64,000 nucleotides of DNA, from the IMG/VR virus record IMGVR_UViG_3300015360_000024, positions 96,001 through 160,000 of that record. One strand, 5' to 3'. Numbering within the stretch: position 1 is the first letter of the stretch; each line of letters begins with the position of its first letter. The DNA is from a virus. Positions 8,891 to 18,309 of this stretch are shown piece by piece. The notes under the pieces are model-generated. The model did no database searches. It saw only the letters and a program-made list of their open reading frames with translations, and was not told the DNA's origin. The position numbers were made by a program, and so were the translations under genes.

Positions 8891-11206
8891 ATGCCAGGCA
8901 AGCACACCAACAAAGCAAAGCGCTTCAGCAAGCGCGTCAACGAGTCTTCGGCCTGGCTGTTCGCTGGTCCCGGAAACCCCGTGTACATGGGTAACCCAGA
9001 TCCGGTGAGCCAGTTCAACCCAAGCGGCCAGGTGTCGCCAGGTGCGGGCTATATCCCTGACGAGGTCGCCAAGATGCTCGTCAAGGAGAGCGGCCTCAGG
9101 AAGTCCGACACGATCCCCAAGAGGGTCATCGAGAGCTACCTGGAGTCGATGCGGCTATCCAAGGGCCTTGCTGTCGATGTTGCCAGGGTTCTTCGTGACG
9201 TCTACGGCATCACACCGACATTCGACGAATCGTCACTCTACGCCATATCCGGTTCGCTTATTGAGGAGCTGACCGGGGCGATGAACGAGAGCTTCCCGAT
9301 GCCGTTCGCGTTCGATGATGAGCCCAGGATCTTGAACGAGGTCGACCTGGTCGGCTCGTTCATTCAACGCGAGTTCATGGAATCGACGGACGAGAACTAC
9401 GATCTCGTTCTCGGAACCCTGGCGCTGCTCCCTTACCGGGAGTTCTGCGATGTCGTTGACTTCCATGAGTGGGTTGGCGAAGACGCCTTCAACCAGATCG
9501 AAGATCTCGCCATCAATGGTCCAGACGGCATGGCCGAGATGGTGCTCGAAGGCCTCTGCTGGCCGAGTCGCATCAAGCTCATGCCGGAGCATGTCCAGGA
9601 TCTATTCGAGGACGCTGCGGATGACGTCATCAAGGCAGGGACGGCGAAGCTGAAGAGCAGGATGCCGGCGATTCCGCCTGTTCCGAAGGGTGGCCCAGCG
9701 AAGCCTGCTCTTAAGAGCGCTTCCGGTAAGCCAGGGATGAAGATACCAGCGATCAAGGCTAAGCCAACGGTCCCTTCGTTCAAGAAGCAGATGGCCAAAC
9801 ACGGCAAGGATATGGCCAGCGATCCACTTGCTGCCAAGAAGCCTGGCGCTGCCCTCGCGGCACACCGTGAGAAACAGGACAAGGACTGGGATGCCGCGCA
9901 TGCAGCTGCGAAGGCGCGACACGCTGATGAACCCGAGAAGACGGTTCCGAAGGGTAGCCGCCTAAAGAAGGCAGGGACTGCCGCCATCGGCGCGATGAAG
10001 AAGGTCGGCGGCGCCTTCAAGAAGGCCAGCGACTTCCTTCATGCCCCCGGCAAAGCGGTCAGCCACGCAGCGAAGAGCGTCGCTAAGGGCACCGCCAAGG
10101 TTGGCGGTGGACTCGTCACCGGAGCGCTCAAGGCGGTCGGTCACGTTGGCGGTACTCTCGCCAAGGGTGTGGTTGGTGGCTTTACTGGTAAGAGCCACTC
10201 GAATTCTGGTTCGGACCACGACTCCGACGACGGCGACTCGAAACCAGAGAAGAAGAAGGGCCCAGGCGTTCTCGGTCACATCGGCCGGGCTATCGGCAAG
10301 TTTGCTGGTCACGTCAAGAAGGGCTTCAAAGATGCATCTCCTGGCATCGCGCACGTTGCCGGTAGTGGCAAGGAGCCTGAGAAGGCAAAGGAGCCAGAGG
10401 CCGAACCGAAGAAGAAGAAGCGGATGACCACCTCGCAGGTTGGTCAGGAGTCCGTTTATGCGAGCGGATCTCTTATCGGCGAGGTTGAGGCCATGCTTGG
10501 CGGTCAGTCCATCGAGGACGAGACAGAGGAAGAGGAGACAGTTCGTTCACCTGCTGAGGTCGTGGACACGCTGGAAGCTACTTCGGTTGTAGACCAGGCG
10601 GTCTGCGAGGCCCTGTCCGAGATGGACTGGGACGGCGTGGCCAAGATGGCCGGTTTCATGATGCTCGTGCCACAGCGGTTCCTCGGTCTCGTTCAGTCCT
10701 TCAAGGAGGGAACGGACGAGTTCAGGGCTGAGTGGCATGAGCTTGAGGAGAGCGGCTCGAAGCCGAGCTGGATGAACATTGGTTCGTTCGTGACGCTCGC
10801 GAAGCTCTCGCTGGACGAGGGTGTGATCCCGAGGATTGTCTACTTCGCTGGCAAGGCGCTCCAAGCAGCAGACGAGGCCGTGGCCGCACATGTCAACGAG
10901 AGCTATCCGGAGCTTGGTCAGACGGTCTACGGACCGGCAGGAGATCCCAAGGAGGGTCCTCAGCTGGCGAAGTCTTATCTGACCCCTCAGCCGACTGGAA
11001 CGATGACCCCGACCAAGAGTGATTGCACGACGCGGATGTTCTCGGATCCTGCGGACCGCGAGAAGGCACGCAAGGCGAAGCTCTCCGACGTCATGGACGT
11101 TCTCAATGGAATGCGTAGCGCTGCGGCGGCGGCCGGCGTTGCTCCTGAGGGAATGTTCCTGAACCTCTATCGCGACATGCACCGAGAGAAGGTTCGGTAC
11201 AGCTAA
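8891..11206 (+). CDS. 771-aa hypothetical protein with acidic ends and a K/A/G-rich middle; possible internal virion protein
   Basis: Long ORF with SD; no family recognised; many h-x-E-S motifs. Confidence 0.65.
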   Translation: MPGKHTNKAKRFSKRVNESSAWLFAGPGNPVYMGNPDPVSQFNPSGQVSPGAGYIPDEVAKMLVKESGLRKSDTIPKRVIESYLESMRLSKGLAVDVARVLRDVYGITPTFDESSLYAISGSLIEELTGAMNESFPMPFAFDDEPRILNEVDLVGSFIQREFMESTDENYDLVLGTLALLPYREFCDVVDFHEWVGEDAFNQIEDLAINGPDGMAEMVLEGLCWPSRIKLMPEHVQDLFEDAADDVIKAGTAKLKSRMPAIPPVPKGGPAKPALKSASGKPGMKIPAIKAKPTVPSFKKQMAKHGKDMASDPLAAKKPGAALAAHREKQDKDWDAAHAAAKARHADEPEKTVPKGSRLKKAGTAAIGAMKKVGGAFKKASDFLHAPGKAVSHAAKSVAKGTAKVGGGLVTGALKAVGHVGGTLAKGVVGGFTGKSHSNSGSDHDSDDGDSKPEKKKGPGVLGHIGRAIGKFAGHVKKGFKDASPGIAHVAGSGKEPEKAKEPEAEPKKKKRMTTSQVGQESVYASGSLIGEVEAMLGGQSIEDETEEEETVRSPAEVVDTLEATSVVDQAVCEALSEMDWDGVAKMAGFMMLVPQRFLGLVQSFKEGTDEFRAEWHELEESGSKPSWMNIGSFVTLAKLSLDEGVIPRIVYFAGKALQAADEAVAAHVNESYPELGQTVYGPAGDPKEGPQLAKSYLTPQPTGTMTPTKSDCTTRMFSDPADREKARKAKLSDVMDVLNGMRSAAAAAGVAPEGMFLNLYRDMHREKVRYS

Positions 11207-11286
11207 TGGTGATGGATCCGGCCAAGATTGCCGTGGCGGTTTCCAGTGGCCTTAGCATCGTCTGCGCGCTCGATTTATGGATCTGA
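11206..11286 (+). pseudogene. Orphaned original 5' end of the 11815 gene (MVMDPAKIAVAVSSGLSIVCA then LDLWI*)
   Basis: 15/19 aa identical to the N-terminus of ORF 11815; starts by TAATG overlap with the upstream gene. Confidence 0.85.
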
Positions 11287-11874
11287 TACTATGTCCCTTC
11301 AGATGCCATTCAAAAACATCGATGACAAGCGAGCGAATGCTCGTAGGTATTGGGCAGAGAACAAGACTCGTCTGTATGTTGCGCAGAGAGAATACGTAGC
11401 GAAGCGGAATGAGTCAGATCCTGAGTTCAGGAAGCAGACGCTCGATCGTCAGGCGGAATGGGCTCGACGAAATCCAGAAAAGAAAAAGGCCATCCAGGCA
11501 AGGAATGAAGCCAAGAACGGCGAGAGAAACGCAAGAAGCCGTAGAAATGCAAAGCTGAAGCACGATCACGGAATCACCGTGGATGAGTACGAGGCGATTC
11601 TAGAGAATCAGTCTGGTGGATGTGCCATCTGTGGATCTAGGTCAGCCAACAATGGTTCGAGAACCAACCTCTTCGTCGATCACTGCCATGAGACGTCTGC
11701 AGTAAGGGGATTGCTTTGCAATCCGTGCAATCTCGGTCTTGGTAACTTCATGGATAATCCTGAATTACTGATCAAGGCTGCCAACTACGTCGATAAATCA
11801 AGGCGGACGACACCATGATGGATTCAACGAAGATTGCAGCAGCTGTTGCCAGCGGATTGTCGATTGTGTGTGCG
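11269..11874 (+). mobile_element. Endonuclease VII homing-type cassette carrying a recoded replacement 5' end of its target gene
   Basis: Deleting 11269-11874 (606 bp) restores one continuous ORF, ...SGLSIVCA/TCEKYW... Confidence 0.75.
11291..11818 (+). CDS. Recombination endonuclease VII-family (HNH-like) free-standing endonuclease
   Basis: GITVDEYEAILENQSGGCAIC...LFVDHCHETSAVRGLLCNPCNLGLG is the Endonuclease_7 signature; basic helical N-terminus; likely start ATG 11291 (track 11228). Confidence 0.92.
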   Translation: MSLQMPFKNIDDKRANARRYWAENKTRLYVAQREYVAKRNESDPEFRKQTLDRQAEWARRNPEKKKAIQARNEAKNGERNARSRRNAKLKHDHGITVDEYEAILENQSGGCAICGSRSANNGSRTNLFVDHCHETSAVRGLLCNPCNLGLGNFMDNPELLIKAANYVDKSRRTTP

Positions 11875-12231
11875 ACCTGCGAGAAGTACTGGGAAGCAAG
11901 GGACAGGGGAGTCCCTGACGACAGATGTCTCGCGGTAGACGGCTGCGGGTCTCCTATTGCCGGTGACGTGTTCCACGAATATCGCGGGCCGATGACTCAG
12001 TTCGACCAATTCTGCTTTCGTTGTGGAGATCGGGCTACGCATGCGGTGCGCGTGGATAACAGCGTCAGGGTGATCGGCGTCTGTTCGGCTCACGTCGAAA
12101 TGATCAAGACGCTGAAACCTGAAGGCAAACGTGCGCCGAACGTCGTCCTTATCTCCAAGGATGGCGAGAAACAAATCACAGATAAAGACGCCCCGCAGAG
12201 ACGCCAATCTCTCCTCAAGTTGAAGTGGTAA
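11815..12231 (+). CDS. Cys-rich, probably Zn-binding hypothetical protein
   Basis: CATC...C...C...CFRC...CSAH; ATG overlaps the endonuclease stop (ATGA). Confidence 0.75.
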   Translation: MMDSTKIAAAVASGLSIVCATCEKYWEARDRGVPDDRCLAVDGCGSPIAGDVFHEYRGPMTQFDQFCFRCGDRATHAVRVDNSVRVIGVCSAHVEMIKTLKPEGKRAPNVVLISKDGEKQITDKDAPQRRQSLLKLKW

Positions 12232-12234
12232 GAG

Positions 12235-13074
12235 ATGGGCCTCAATAAGTTCGTCGATATCCGTCAGACGCCAAAGACATCAGGGAACTGGCGGCTGGCG
12301 ACGGAGGAGCTTGTTGAGCGAGGCGAGGCGATGGCGAGGATGATCTCCTACGCCGTTGCTAAGGAGGCCTTTGACGCTCTACTTGAGGAGATCCCAGCGA
12401 CCAACGACTACGAGGAGCTGAGGCAGTCGCTGAAGCTTGTTGAGGTCGGCGCCGGGAAGAAGGGGAAGGAAGCTGCCTTCGCGATTCACATCCCTTCGAA
12501 GGGTCGCAATATCAAGAAAATCGACGCCTCAAAGACGGTGATTTCGATTATCCCAAAGAAGGGAAATCAGCCGGCCGGCGAGGATGTTTTGATCTTGGAG
12601 CGCAACGGCCCTTGGACAGCGGACACGATTCCGTTTTTGCCGAAGAAGAGCGAAGGGGTCGTTGTTCAACGGAAAACGACGACAAGGGAAACTGAGAAGA
12701 TCTCGAATGAGAAGTGGAAAATACTTGACCGAGTTCTCAGGGAGTTGAAGGAGGCCGGTCGCAGTATCAAGCCGTACAAGCCCGGGACGCCTGGGCGCAT
12801 CAAGAGAAACGCTAAGGCGGTACCAGATCTGGCAATGCAGGCGCTGAACCTGGAATTCGGTAGCGGTGGAGCCAGAGGTAAGCCGGTTTTCAGGAAAGTC
12901 TTCGGGTCCATCAAGCGGACGGTCGCTGGACTTGCGAACAGGTTCGATGAGATCAAGAACGCGATGACCGACCCGAACTCGAAGACGTACAAGAATTGGC
13001 CGAAGAGAATGAGTACGATCTCCTCTGGTCAGGCTTCTAAGTACATGGGATTCCAGAAGAGGCTTGGTCTCTGA
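12235..13074 (+). CDS. Basic hypothetical protein, possibly head-tail associated
   Basis: 279-aa ORF coupled to the gp15-like gene; no family recognised. Confidence 0.6.
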   Translation: MGLNKFVDIRQTPKTSGNWRLATEELVERGEAMARMISYAVAKEAFDALLEEIPATNDYEELRQSLKLVEVGAGKKGKEAAFAIHIPSKGRNIKKIDASKTVISIIPKKGNQPAGEDVLILERNGPWTADTIPFLPKKSEGVVVQRKTTTRETEKISNEKWKILDRVLRELKEAGRSIKPYKPGTPGRIKRNAKAVPDLAMQALNLEFGSGGARGKPVFRKVFGSIKRTVAGLANRFDEIKNAMTDPNSKTYKNWPKRMSTISSGQASKYMGFQKRLGL

Positions 13075-13802
13075 TGTCGAGTCATATCCTGTCCAAGGAT
13101 AACGCCAGGACCGGCGACGTCTGGCTGAGCGACTTCGATCGTGGCGTCATCACGACGCTTGGCGGGGTCGTGAACACGGTTGGAGATATGTACGTCGTCC
13201 AGATCTCTGGAGTGTCGGCACCGCCGGAGACCGGGAACATTGCGTTCGAAGGAATTCCGATTTACTTCGCTTTCCCGGATGAGGTGATCGATCCAAAGAT
13301 CCTTCCGTCGATTGTAGTTCGCAGGGATTCAATGGACCCGGCGATGAGTCGCTGGCACCTGGGAAACCAGCAGTACTTCATTCCAGCCCCTGGGTCTCAT
13401 CTCGTGACGTGGACGCATCCAATCACGGGTGAGGTATTTACCCTTGGATCTGACGCCTACGAGGATAAGGCACAGGCCGTACCTTTTGACATTCTCTACA
13501 CAATTCAGATTCGTGCCCGGTATCGCAACAATCTCAAGGTGGAGGCTATGGCGATGCTGAGACACACCTTGAAGAAGTACCCGCCGTACACGACGGTATA
13601 CATCAAGGACAGCTTGGGCGATCTCCGAAGCTACACGGCTTTCATGGAGACTCCGTCACCACTCGATACCAAGCCAGATGTTGCTGGTCGAGAGACGAAC
13701 TTCAACGTCACCCTCAGGGTTGAGGCTGAACTAGATCTGAACGATCCGGTTATCCGTCAGGCGCCTTCTGGAATGCCGACGTTCAACTACCTGCTTCCGT
13801 AG
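13074..13802 (+). CDS. gp15: Tail terminator / sheath stabiliser, T4 gp15-like
   Basis: AVPFDILYTIQIRARY...LKKYPPYTT resembles gp15 PVP....FTL.I.TR....ILPYF.P; lies upstream of the sheath. Confidence 0.7.
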   Translation: MSSHILSKDNARTGDVWLSDFDRGVITTLGGVVNTVGDMYVVQISGVSAPPETGNIAFEGIPIYFAFPDEVIDPKILPSIVVRRDSMDPAMSRWHLGNQQYFIPAPGSHLVTWTHPITGEVFTLGSDAYEDKAQAVPFDILYTIQIRARYRNNLKVEAMAMLRHTLKKYPPYTTVYIKDSLGDLRSYTAFMETPSPLDTKPDVAGRETNFNVTLRVEAELDLNDPVIRQAPSGMPTFNYLLP

Positions 13803-13823
13803 TAAAACCGAGAGGATGGCCAG

Positions 13824-14273
13824 ATGCCATGGATCTACAACCCAACCAGAGATGTTCTTCAAGTCACGCTCCAGGACGGGCTTCGTAACGGGTTCCTGCC
13901 GCGTAAGAAGATTTTCGTCCAGCTGGACAAGATGAGCGCAGAGGTATGGCGCCTGGTCCAGGCCGGGAAGCTTGTCAATATGGGTGGTGATCCAACTGTC
14001 CAGCCTTCTCAGGTTACCCAGGCAAAGGCAGATACGACTCCGCAGGTCCAGCCTTCGAAACCGGATACTTCCAGCACTCATCATTCAGCGGGTGCTAGGG
14101 TCGCCGTCGACTCATCAAGTGCTCTAGACGGCGAAAAAGAATCGAAAGCCGTTAAAAAGCAGGACGATGATCTCGAAAAAGCAACTTCCGTAAAGCCGGA
14201 AGCTGATCCGGATCTCAAGAAACACGACACCAAAACGGAAAAACGAAACGAGCGCTCTCGCAAGAGAACGTAA
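13824..14273 (+). CDS. Hypothetical protein: small N-terminal domain plus disordered charged tail
   Basis: ORF immediately before the sheath, SD GAGG. Confidence 0.6.
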   Translation: MPWIYNPTRDVLQVTLQDGLRNGFLPRKKIFVQLDKMSAEVWRLVQAGKLVNMGGDPTVQPSQVTQAKADTTPQVQPSKPDTSSTHHSAGARVAVDSSSALDGEKESKAVKKQDDDLEKATSVKPEADPDLKKHDTKTEKRNERSRKRT

Positions 14274-14315
14274 GTATCGTTCGGAAGTTGCACCGACCAC
14301 TAGGGGAGACGAAAA

Positions 14316-17141
14316 ATGGCCGAGTTTCTCAGCCCAGGCATTTTCATCGAAGAAGTCAACACCAGTGGTCAGCAGGTGGAGGCCGTTGGCACGTCCACCA
14401 TGGCGACTGTTGGGTGGACCGAGCGTGGTCCAGTCGACACCGCAACGGTCGTGACAGGTATCGACGACTTCCAGAGGAAGTTCGGCGAGTACACCAATCA
14501 GTCCCGCGTTCCGATCTCCATCCAGGCGTTCTTCGTCAATAGCGGATCTCGGGCCTACGTCGTGCGTGTTGTCCCGACCGATTCGGTCGAGGGTGAGTCG
14601 TGCATCACGGATCTCGTCTCCGGCGAGACGATTACCGGCGCCGGCACTGGTATTAGCCCGCAGACGATGACCGATACGCTTCTCAACATCCCGGTCTTCA
14701 AGGGCTCGGTTGTCGTCAAGTGGCGGAATAACCCAGCCGGCACGATCGTGGCCGAGAATCCTGTCTTCGCTCCGGCCGAGGGCGAATCGCTGGTTGGTCC
14801 GTTCCTGGCCACGCTGGCCAACACGCCGATCATTGATGGCGCCATTACGATCAACTGGACCGAGGCCATTCAGGCTATCGGCACGCTGACGCTGACTGGT
14901 AACGCTCTTACTACCGAGACGGTCACCATCGGCGCCAAGACGTACACGTTCCAGACCGTTCTTACGAACGTCAATGGCAACGTGCTCATCGGCGGTACGG
15001 CGTCGGGTTCGCTCGATAATCTAATCGCTGCAATCACTCTGGGTACCGGGTCTGGCACCTTGTACGCGGCGGCGACCACGGCTCACCCGACGGTGCTTGC
15101 TGTGGCTGGTGCTGGCGACACAATGATTGCGTACGCGATCCTCGGTGGCGTTGCCGGCAATGCGATCACCACGACGCAGACGCTTACCAACGGCACGTGG
15201 GGCGGCGCGACCCTTGCTGGTGGCCTGGCTGCGGCGGCTCGCACGGCGACGATCACTGGCACGAGTACTCTCGGCGGCGCCAATGCGGCCCGCCTTTCGG
15301 CCGGTAGCATTAACCGTACGACTGGCGCTCTGAGCTTGACGTACGTGACTCGCACGATCGGCACCAATAACGGTCCCGGCACGAACTCCATCACGGTCGA
15401 CTACGATTCGGGTGGCGCTCTCCAGACGGTTACCGACAACGGCGCAGGCGCTTTTGCGGCTACGACAGCTGGCGGTACGACTGTTACTGGAACGATCGAC
15501 TACACCACTGGCGCTCTTTCGATCACGTTCACTGGTGGCACTGATCAGCCATACGCTGGCAATATCCTCGTCGCCGACTACAGGCACTGCCAGTGGGAGA
15601 TGACGGCATCGAACCCCGGTGCGTGGTCTGGTCGTCTGACCATGCGCATTGCTGGCAATGCGAGCTTCTTTACCTACGGCACGCAGGCGACTGCGGGCGT
15701 AGGCGAGTACTCGAAATTCAACGTCCAGGTTCTCCTGGAAAACACGTTGACGGGCGAGGACGAGATCAAGGAGACCTACGAAGAGGTCGTGTTCTCCGAC
15801 GCGGACGACGCGGTCTACTTCCCGAACATCCTGAACGACAATTCGGACTTCATCGAGGTTACGGACTCGGGCACGCTCGACGTTCCGGCGACCTTCAAGG
15901 GCGTTGATCGGAACCAGGTCATGGGGACTGGCGACAGCCTTCTGATGCTGTTTACCGGCACGCTGCTGAACTTCCCGATCGTCAAGACGTCGATTGTGAT
16001 CACGTACACGCCGATCGTCGGCGCGCTGCGTACGCTGGCTGTCGACGTCAACGGCAACATCACGGGCACTGGTCTGGATACGACCAAGACCAACAGCGTC
16101 AACTACACCACTGGTGTGTTCACACTGAACTTCCTCGGTGGCAACGATCGCCCGCTTACGACGACCACCATCGATGCGGCGTACATCTCGATGCCAGCGA
16201 CGTCGTTCGTGGACTACGTGTTCACGGGCGGATCTGACGGCACGCTGACCGGCGTCACGTTCGACCGTGGCGTCTTCACCAGCCCGGTTCTGACGGCATC
16301 CAAGCGTGGCATGTTCGCGCTGAGCCGCATCGACGAGGTGATGCAGCTCATCATCCCGGACTTCGCTGGCGATACCACGGTGGCTGGCGATCAGCTGGAC
16401 TACGCGGAGAGCCGCAAGGACATCTTCGTCATCCTGACCACGCCATCCGGCTTCGAGTCGCAGGAAACCGCTGACTACCGGGCGATCACGTTCAACAGGA
16501 AGTCGAAGTTCTCGGCCATGTACTGGCCGTGGATTAAGGTCACGGATCCGCTGAACTCGGCCAAGACGCTGACGGTCCCACCTCTGGGCTGGGTCGCTGG
16601 CGTGTACGCCCGCACGGATCAGTCGCGCAACGTCGGCAAGGCGCCAGGCGGTACGATCGATGGTGCGCTGCGCTTCCTGACTGGTCTAGAGCTGAAGCCC
16701 GACAAGGGCGACCGCGACCTGGTCTACCCGCTTCGCGTCAACCCATTGATCGACACGACTCAGACGGGTCTGGCGATCTGGGGTGTTCGGACGCTGTCGG
16801 CGACCAACGACGTGCTTCGGTACGTCAACGCGGTTCGTCTGTTCCAGTTCGTGGAGAAGTCGATCTTCAACTCGACGTTCAACTTCGTATTCGAGTCGAT
16901 CACCGCGAACCTGTACGGCCAGCTCAAGAGCGCCTGCGACAGCTTCCTGCTGAATCTCTACACGACAGGCCACTTCGCTGGAGATTCGCCGACCCAGGCG
17001 TTCTTCGTCATCTGCGACGAGACCAACAACCCTCCAGAGGTTGCGAACGCTGGACAGGTCGTCGTGGACATCGGTATTGCTCCCAACCGCCCGGGTGAGT
17101 TCATCCGGTTCCGGTTCAGCCAGAAGACGCTGACGGCGTAG
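14316..17141 (+). CDS. gp18: Contractile tail sheath protein (T4 gp18 family) with large inserted domains
   Basis: N-terminal FLSPGIFIEEV...VGWTERGPVD...FQRKFG; C-terminal WGVRTL...YVNAVRLFQFVEKSI...FVFE, FFVICDETNNPP, IGIAPNRPGEFIRFRF. Confidence 0.96.
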   Translation: MAEFLSPGIFIEEVNTSGQQVEAVGTSTMATVGWTERGPVDTATVVTGIDDFQRKFGEYTNQSRVPISIQAFFVNSGSRAYVVRVVPTDSVEGESCITDLVSGETITGAGTGISPQTMTDTLLNIPVFKGSVVVKWRNNPAGTIVAENPVFAPAEGESLVGPFLATLANTPIIDGAITINWTEAIQAIGTLTLTGNALTTETVTIGAKTYTFQTVLTNVNGNVLIGGTASGSLDNLIAAITLGTGSGTLYAAATTAHPTVLAVAGAGDTMIAYAILGGVAGNAITTTQTLTNGTWGGATLAGGLAAAARTATITGTSTLGGANAARLSAGSINRTTGALSLTYVTRTIGTNNGPGTNSITVDYDSGGALQTVTDNGAGAFAATTAGGTTVTGTIDYTTGALSITFTGGTDQPYAGNILVADYRHCQWEMTASNPGAWSGRLTMRIAGNASFFTYGTQATAGVGEYSKFNVQVLLENTLTGEDEIKETYEEVVFSDADDAVYFPNILNDNSDFIEVTDSGTLDVPATFKGVDRNQVMGTGDSLLMLFTGTLLNFPIVKTSIVITYTPIVGALRTLAVDVNGNITGTGLDTTKTNSVNYTTGVFTLNFLGGNDRPLTTTTIDAAYISMPATSFVDYVFTGGSDGTLTGVTFDRGVFTSPVLTASKRGMFALSRIDEVMQLIIPDFAGDTTVAGDQLDYAESRKDIFVILTTPSGFESQETADYRAITFNRKSKFSAMYWPWIKVTDPLNSAKTLTVPPLGWVAGVYARTDQSRNVGKAPGGTIDGALRFLTGLELKPDKGDRDLVYPLRVNPLIDTTQTGLAIWGVRTLSATNDVLRYVNAVRLFQFVEKSIFNSTFNFVFESITANLYGQLKSACDSFLLNLYTTGHFAGDSPTQAFFVICDETNNPPEVANAGQVVVDIGIAPNRPGEFIRFRFSQKTLTA

Positions 17142-17180
17142 CCAACGCCTCAACAATCCCCAGGTCAATAACTCGGAGGC

Positions 17181-17669
17181 ATGGATATGTCGGTATCAGT
17201 TCTCATCACGAATCTCACGGCCAACAAGGTCACCATCAACGAGCTGTACACCACCCTTGGTGCTGCTGGATCCGCGACGGCGGCGGTCACGATCTCGCGC
17301 TCTGTCGCCCAGCTCGACTCGATGCTGGAGTTAAAGGCCCTTGTTAACGCCGCGACGGTTAGCGTTGTTGCGACGAACTCTGCTGACAACGCAGATCTGC
17401 TCAGCATCCCGATGGAGCAGCACGGCGTTGTGCCGCTCGTCAGTGTTGCCGTGGCGACCGAGGTTCTATCGGTCGTTACCTTCGCTAAGCCGTTCCCGGC
17501 TGGCGTTGTTCCGGTTGTGACCGTCACGATCGACAAAAGCCTTGGTCTTCTATCGCTCGGTAACGCCTACGTTCAGTCGATTACCAACACCGGATGCACG
17601 ATCGCTCTAGTTGTGACGACGCTGCAGGCGGCTTCCACAGTTCAGTTGAACTGGCAGGCGAGCTACTAA
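17181..17669 (+). CDS. Probable small virion decoration protein (beta-rich C-terminal domain)
   Basis: VVTFAKPFPAGVVPVVTVT...YVQSITNTGCTI resembles H-type-lectin-like fibre-end domains; SD GGAGG. Confidence 0.5.
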   Translation: MDMSVSVLITNLTANKVTINELYTTLGAAGSATAAVTISRSVAQLDSMLELKALVNAATVSVVATNSADNADLLSIPMEQHGVVPLVSVAVATEVLSVVTFAKPFPAGVVPVVTVTIDKSLGLLSLGNAYVQSITNTGCTIALVVTTLQAASTVQLNWQASY

Positions 17670-17727
17670 GCAACGCTATCTCCAGCGTGATATAGTAGAT
17701 CTAAGAAATCGAACCTGAGAGGCGATC

Positions 17728-18282
17728 ATGGCCAGGCCAAAAAGCACCGACTTCCTGCACAACTTCCGGTTCCACGTGATCGTCACTGGGTTCGGTGGCG
17801 GCAACAATAACCAGTTGGGCAGTGCTGCAACGGACGGAACCGTGACCGCCGGCTTCAACACGTGTTCGACACCTGAGGCAACTCAGGAGGCTGTCGAGTA
17901 CCGCGAGGGTCACTACATCTACACGCAGAAGTACAGCGGTCTGCCGACCATCAGCGACATCTCTTTGTCGCGTGGTGTGGCCAAGGCCGATGGAACGTTC
18001 TGGCAGTGGATGAAGTCGGTCATCGAAGGCAATGAGGAGTATCGGGCGAACCTCAGCATCCTGCACTTCCATCGCGATTCGAAGCCGGCAACGTCGTCGA
18101 CTCCTGGTGCGCCGAACGTCCACCAGAAGGCGCTTGAGGCTGGATCAATCGAGTACAAGTGCCATGAGGCGTTCCCGATTCGTCACAAGGTTTCGTCGGA
18201 TCTCGACGCGACCGGCAGTGAGGTCTCGATCCAGGAACTCGACCTCGCCATCGAACACTTCGACGTCATCGAGCACACGTAA
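17728..18282 (+). CDS. gp19: Tail tube protein (T4 gp19-like family)
   Basis: DFLHNFRFHV...GFNTCSTPE...VEYREG...ISLSRGV...FWQW...SDLDATGSEVSIQELDLAIE. Confidence 0.9.
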   Translation: MARPKSTDFLHNFRFHVIVTGFGGGNNNQLGSAATDGTVTAGFNTCSTPEATQEAVEYREGHYIYTQKYSGLPTISDISLSRGVAKADGTFWQWMKSVIEGNEEYRANLSILHFHRDSKPATSSTPGAPNVHQKALEAGSIEYKCHEAFPIRHKVSSDLDATGSEVSIQELDLAIEHFDVIEHT

Positions 18283-18309
18283 CCAGCTTGGTTCTGGTAC
18301 GCTTGCGCT

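Noticed and set aside
11269-11874. Group I intron interpretation of the endonuclease insert (length is a multiple of 3)
   Set aside because: The ORF fills about 530 of 606 nt, leaving no room for a ribozyme core, and the duplicated recoded start makes splicing unnecessary.
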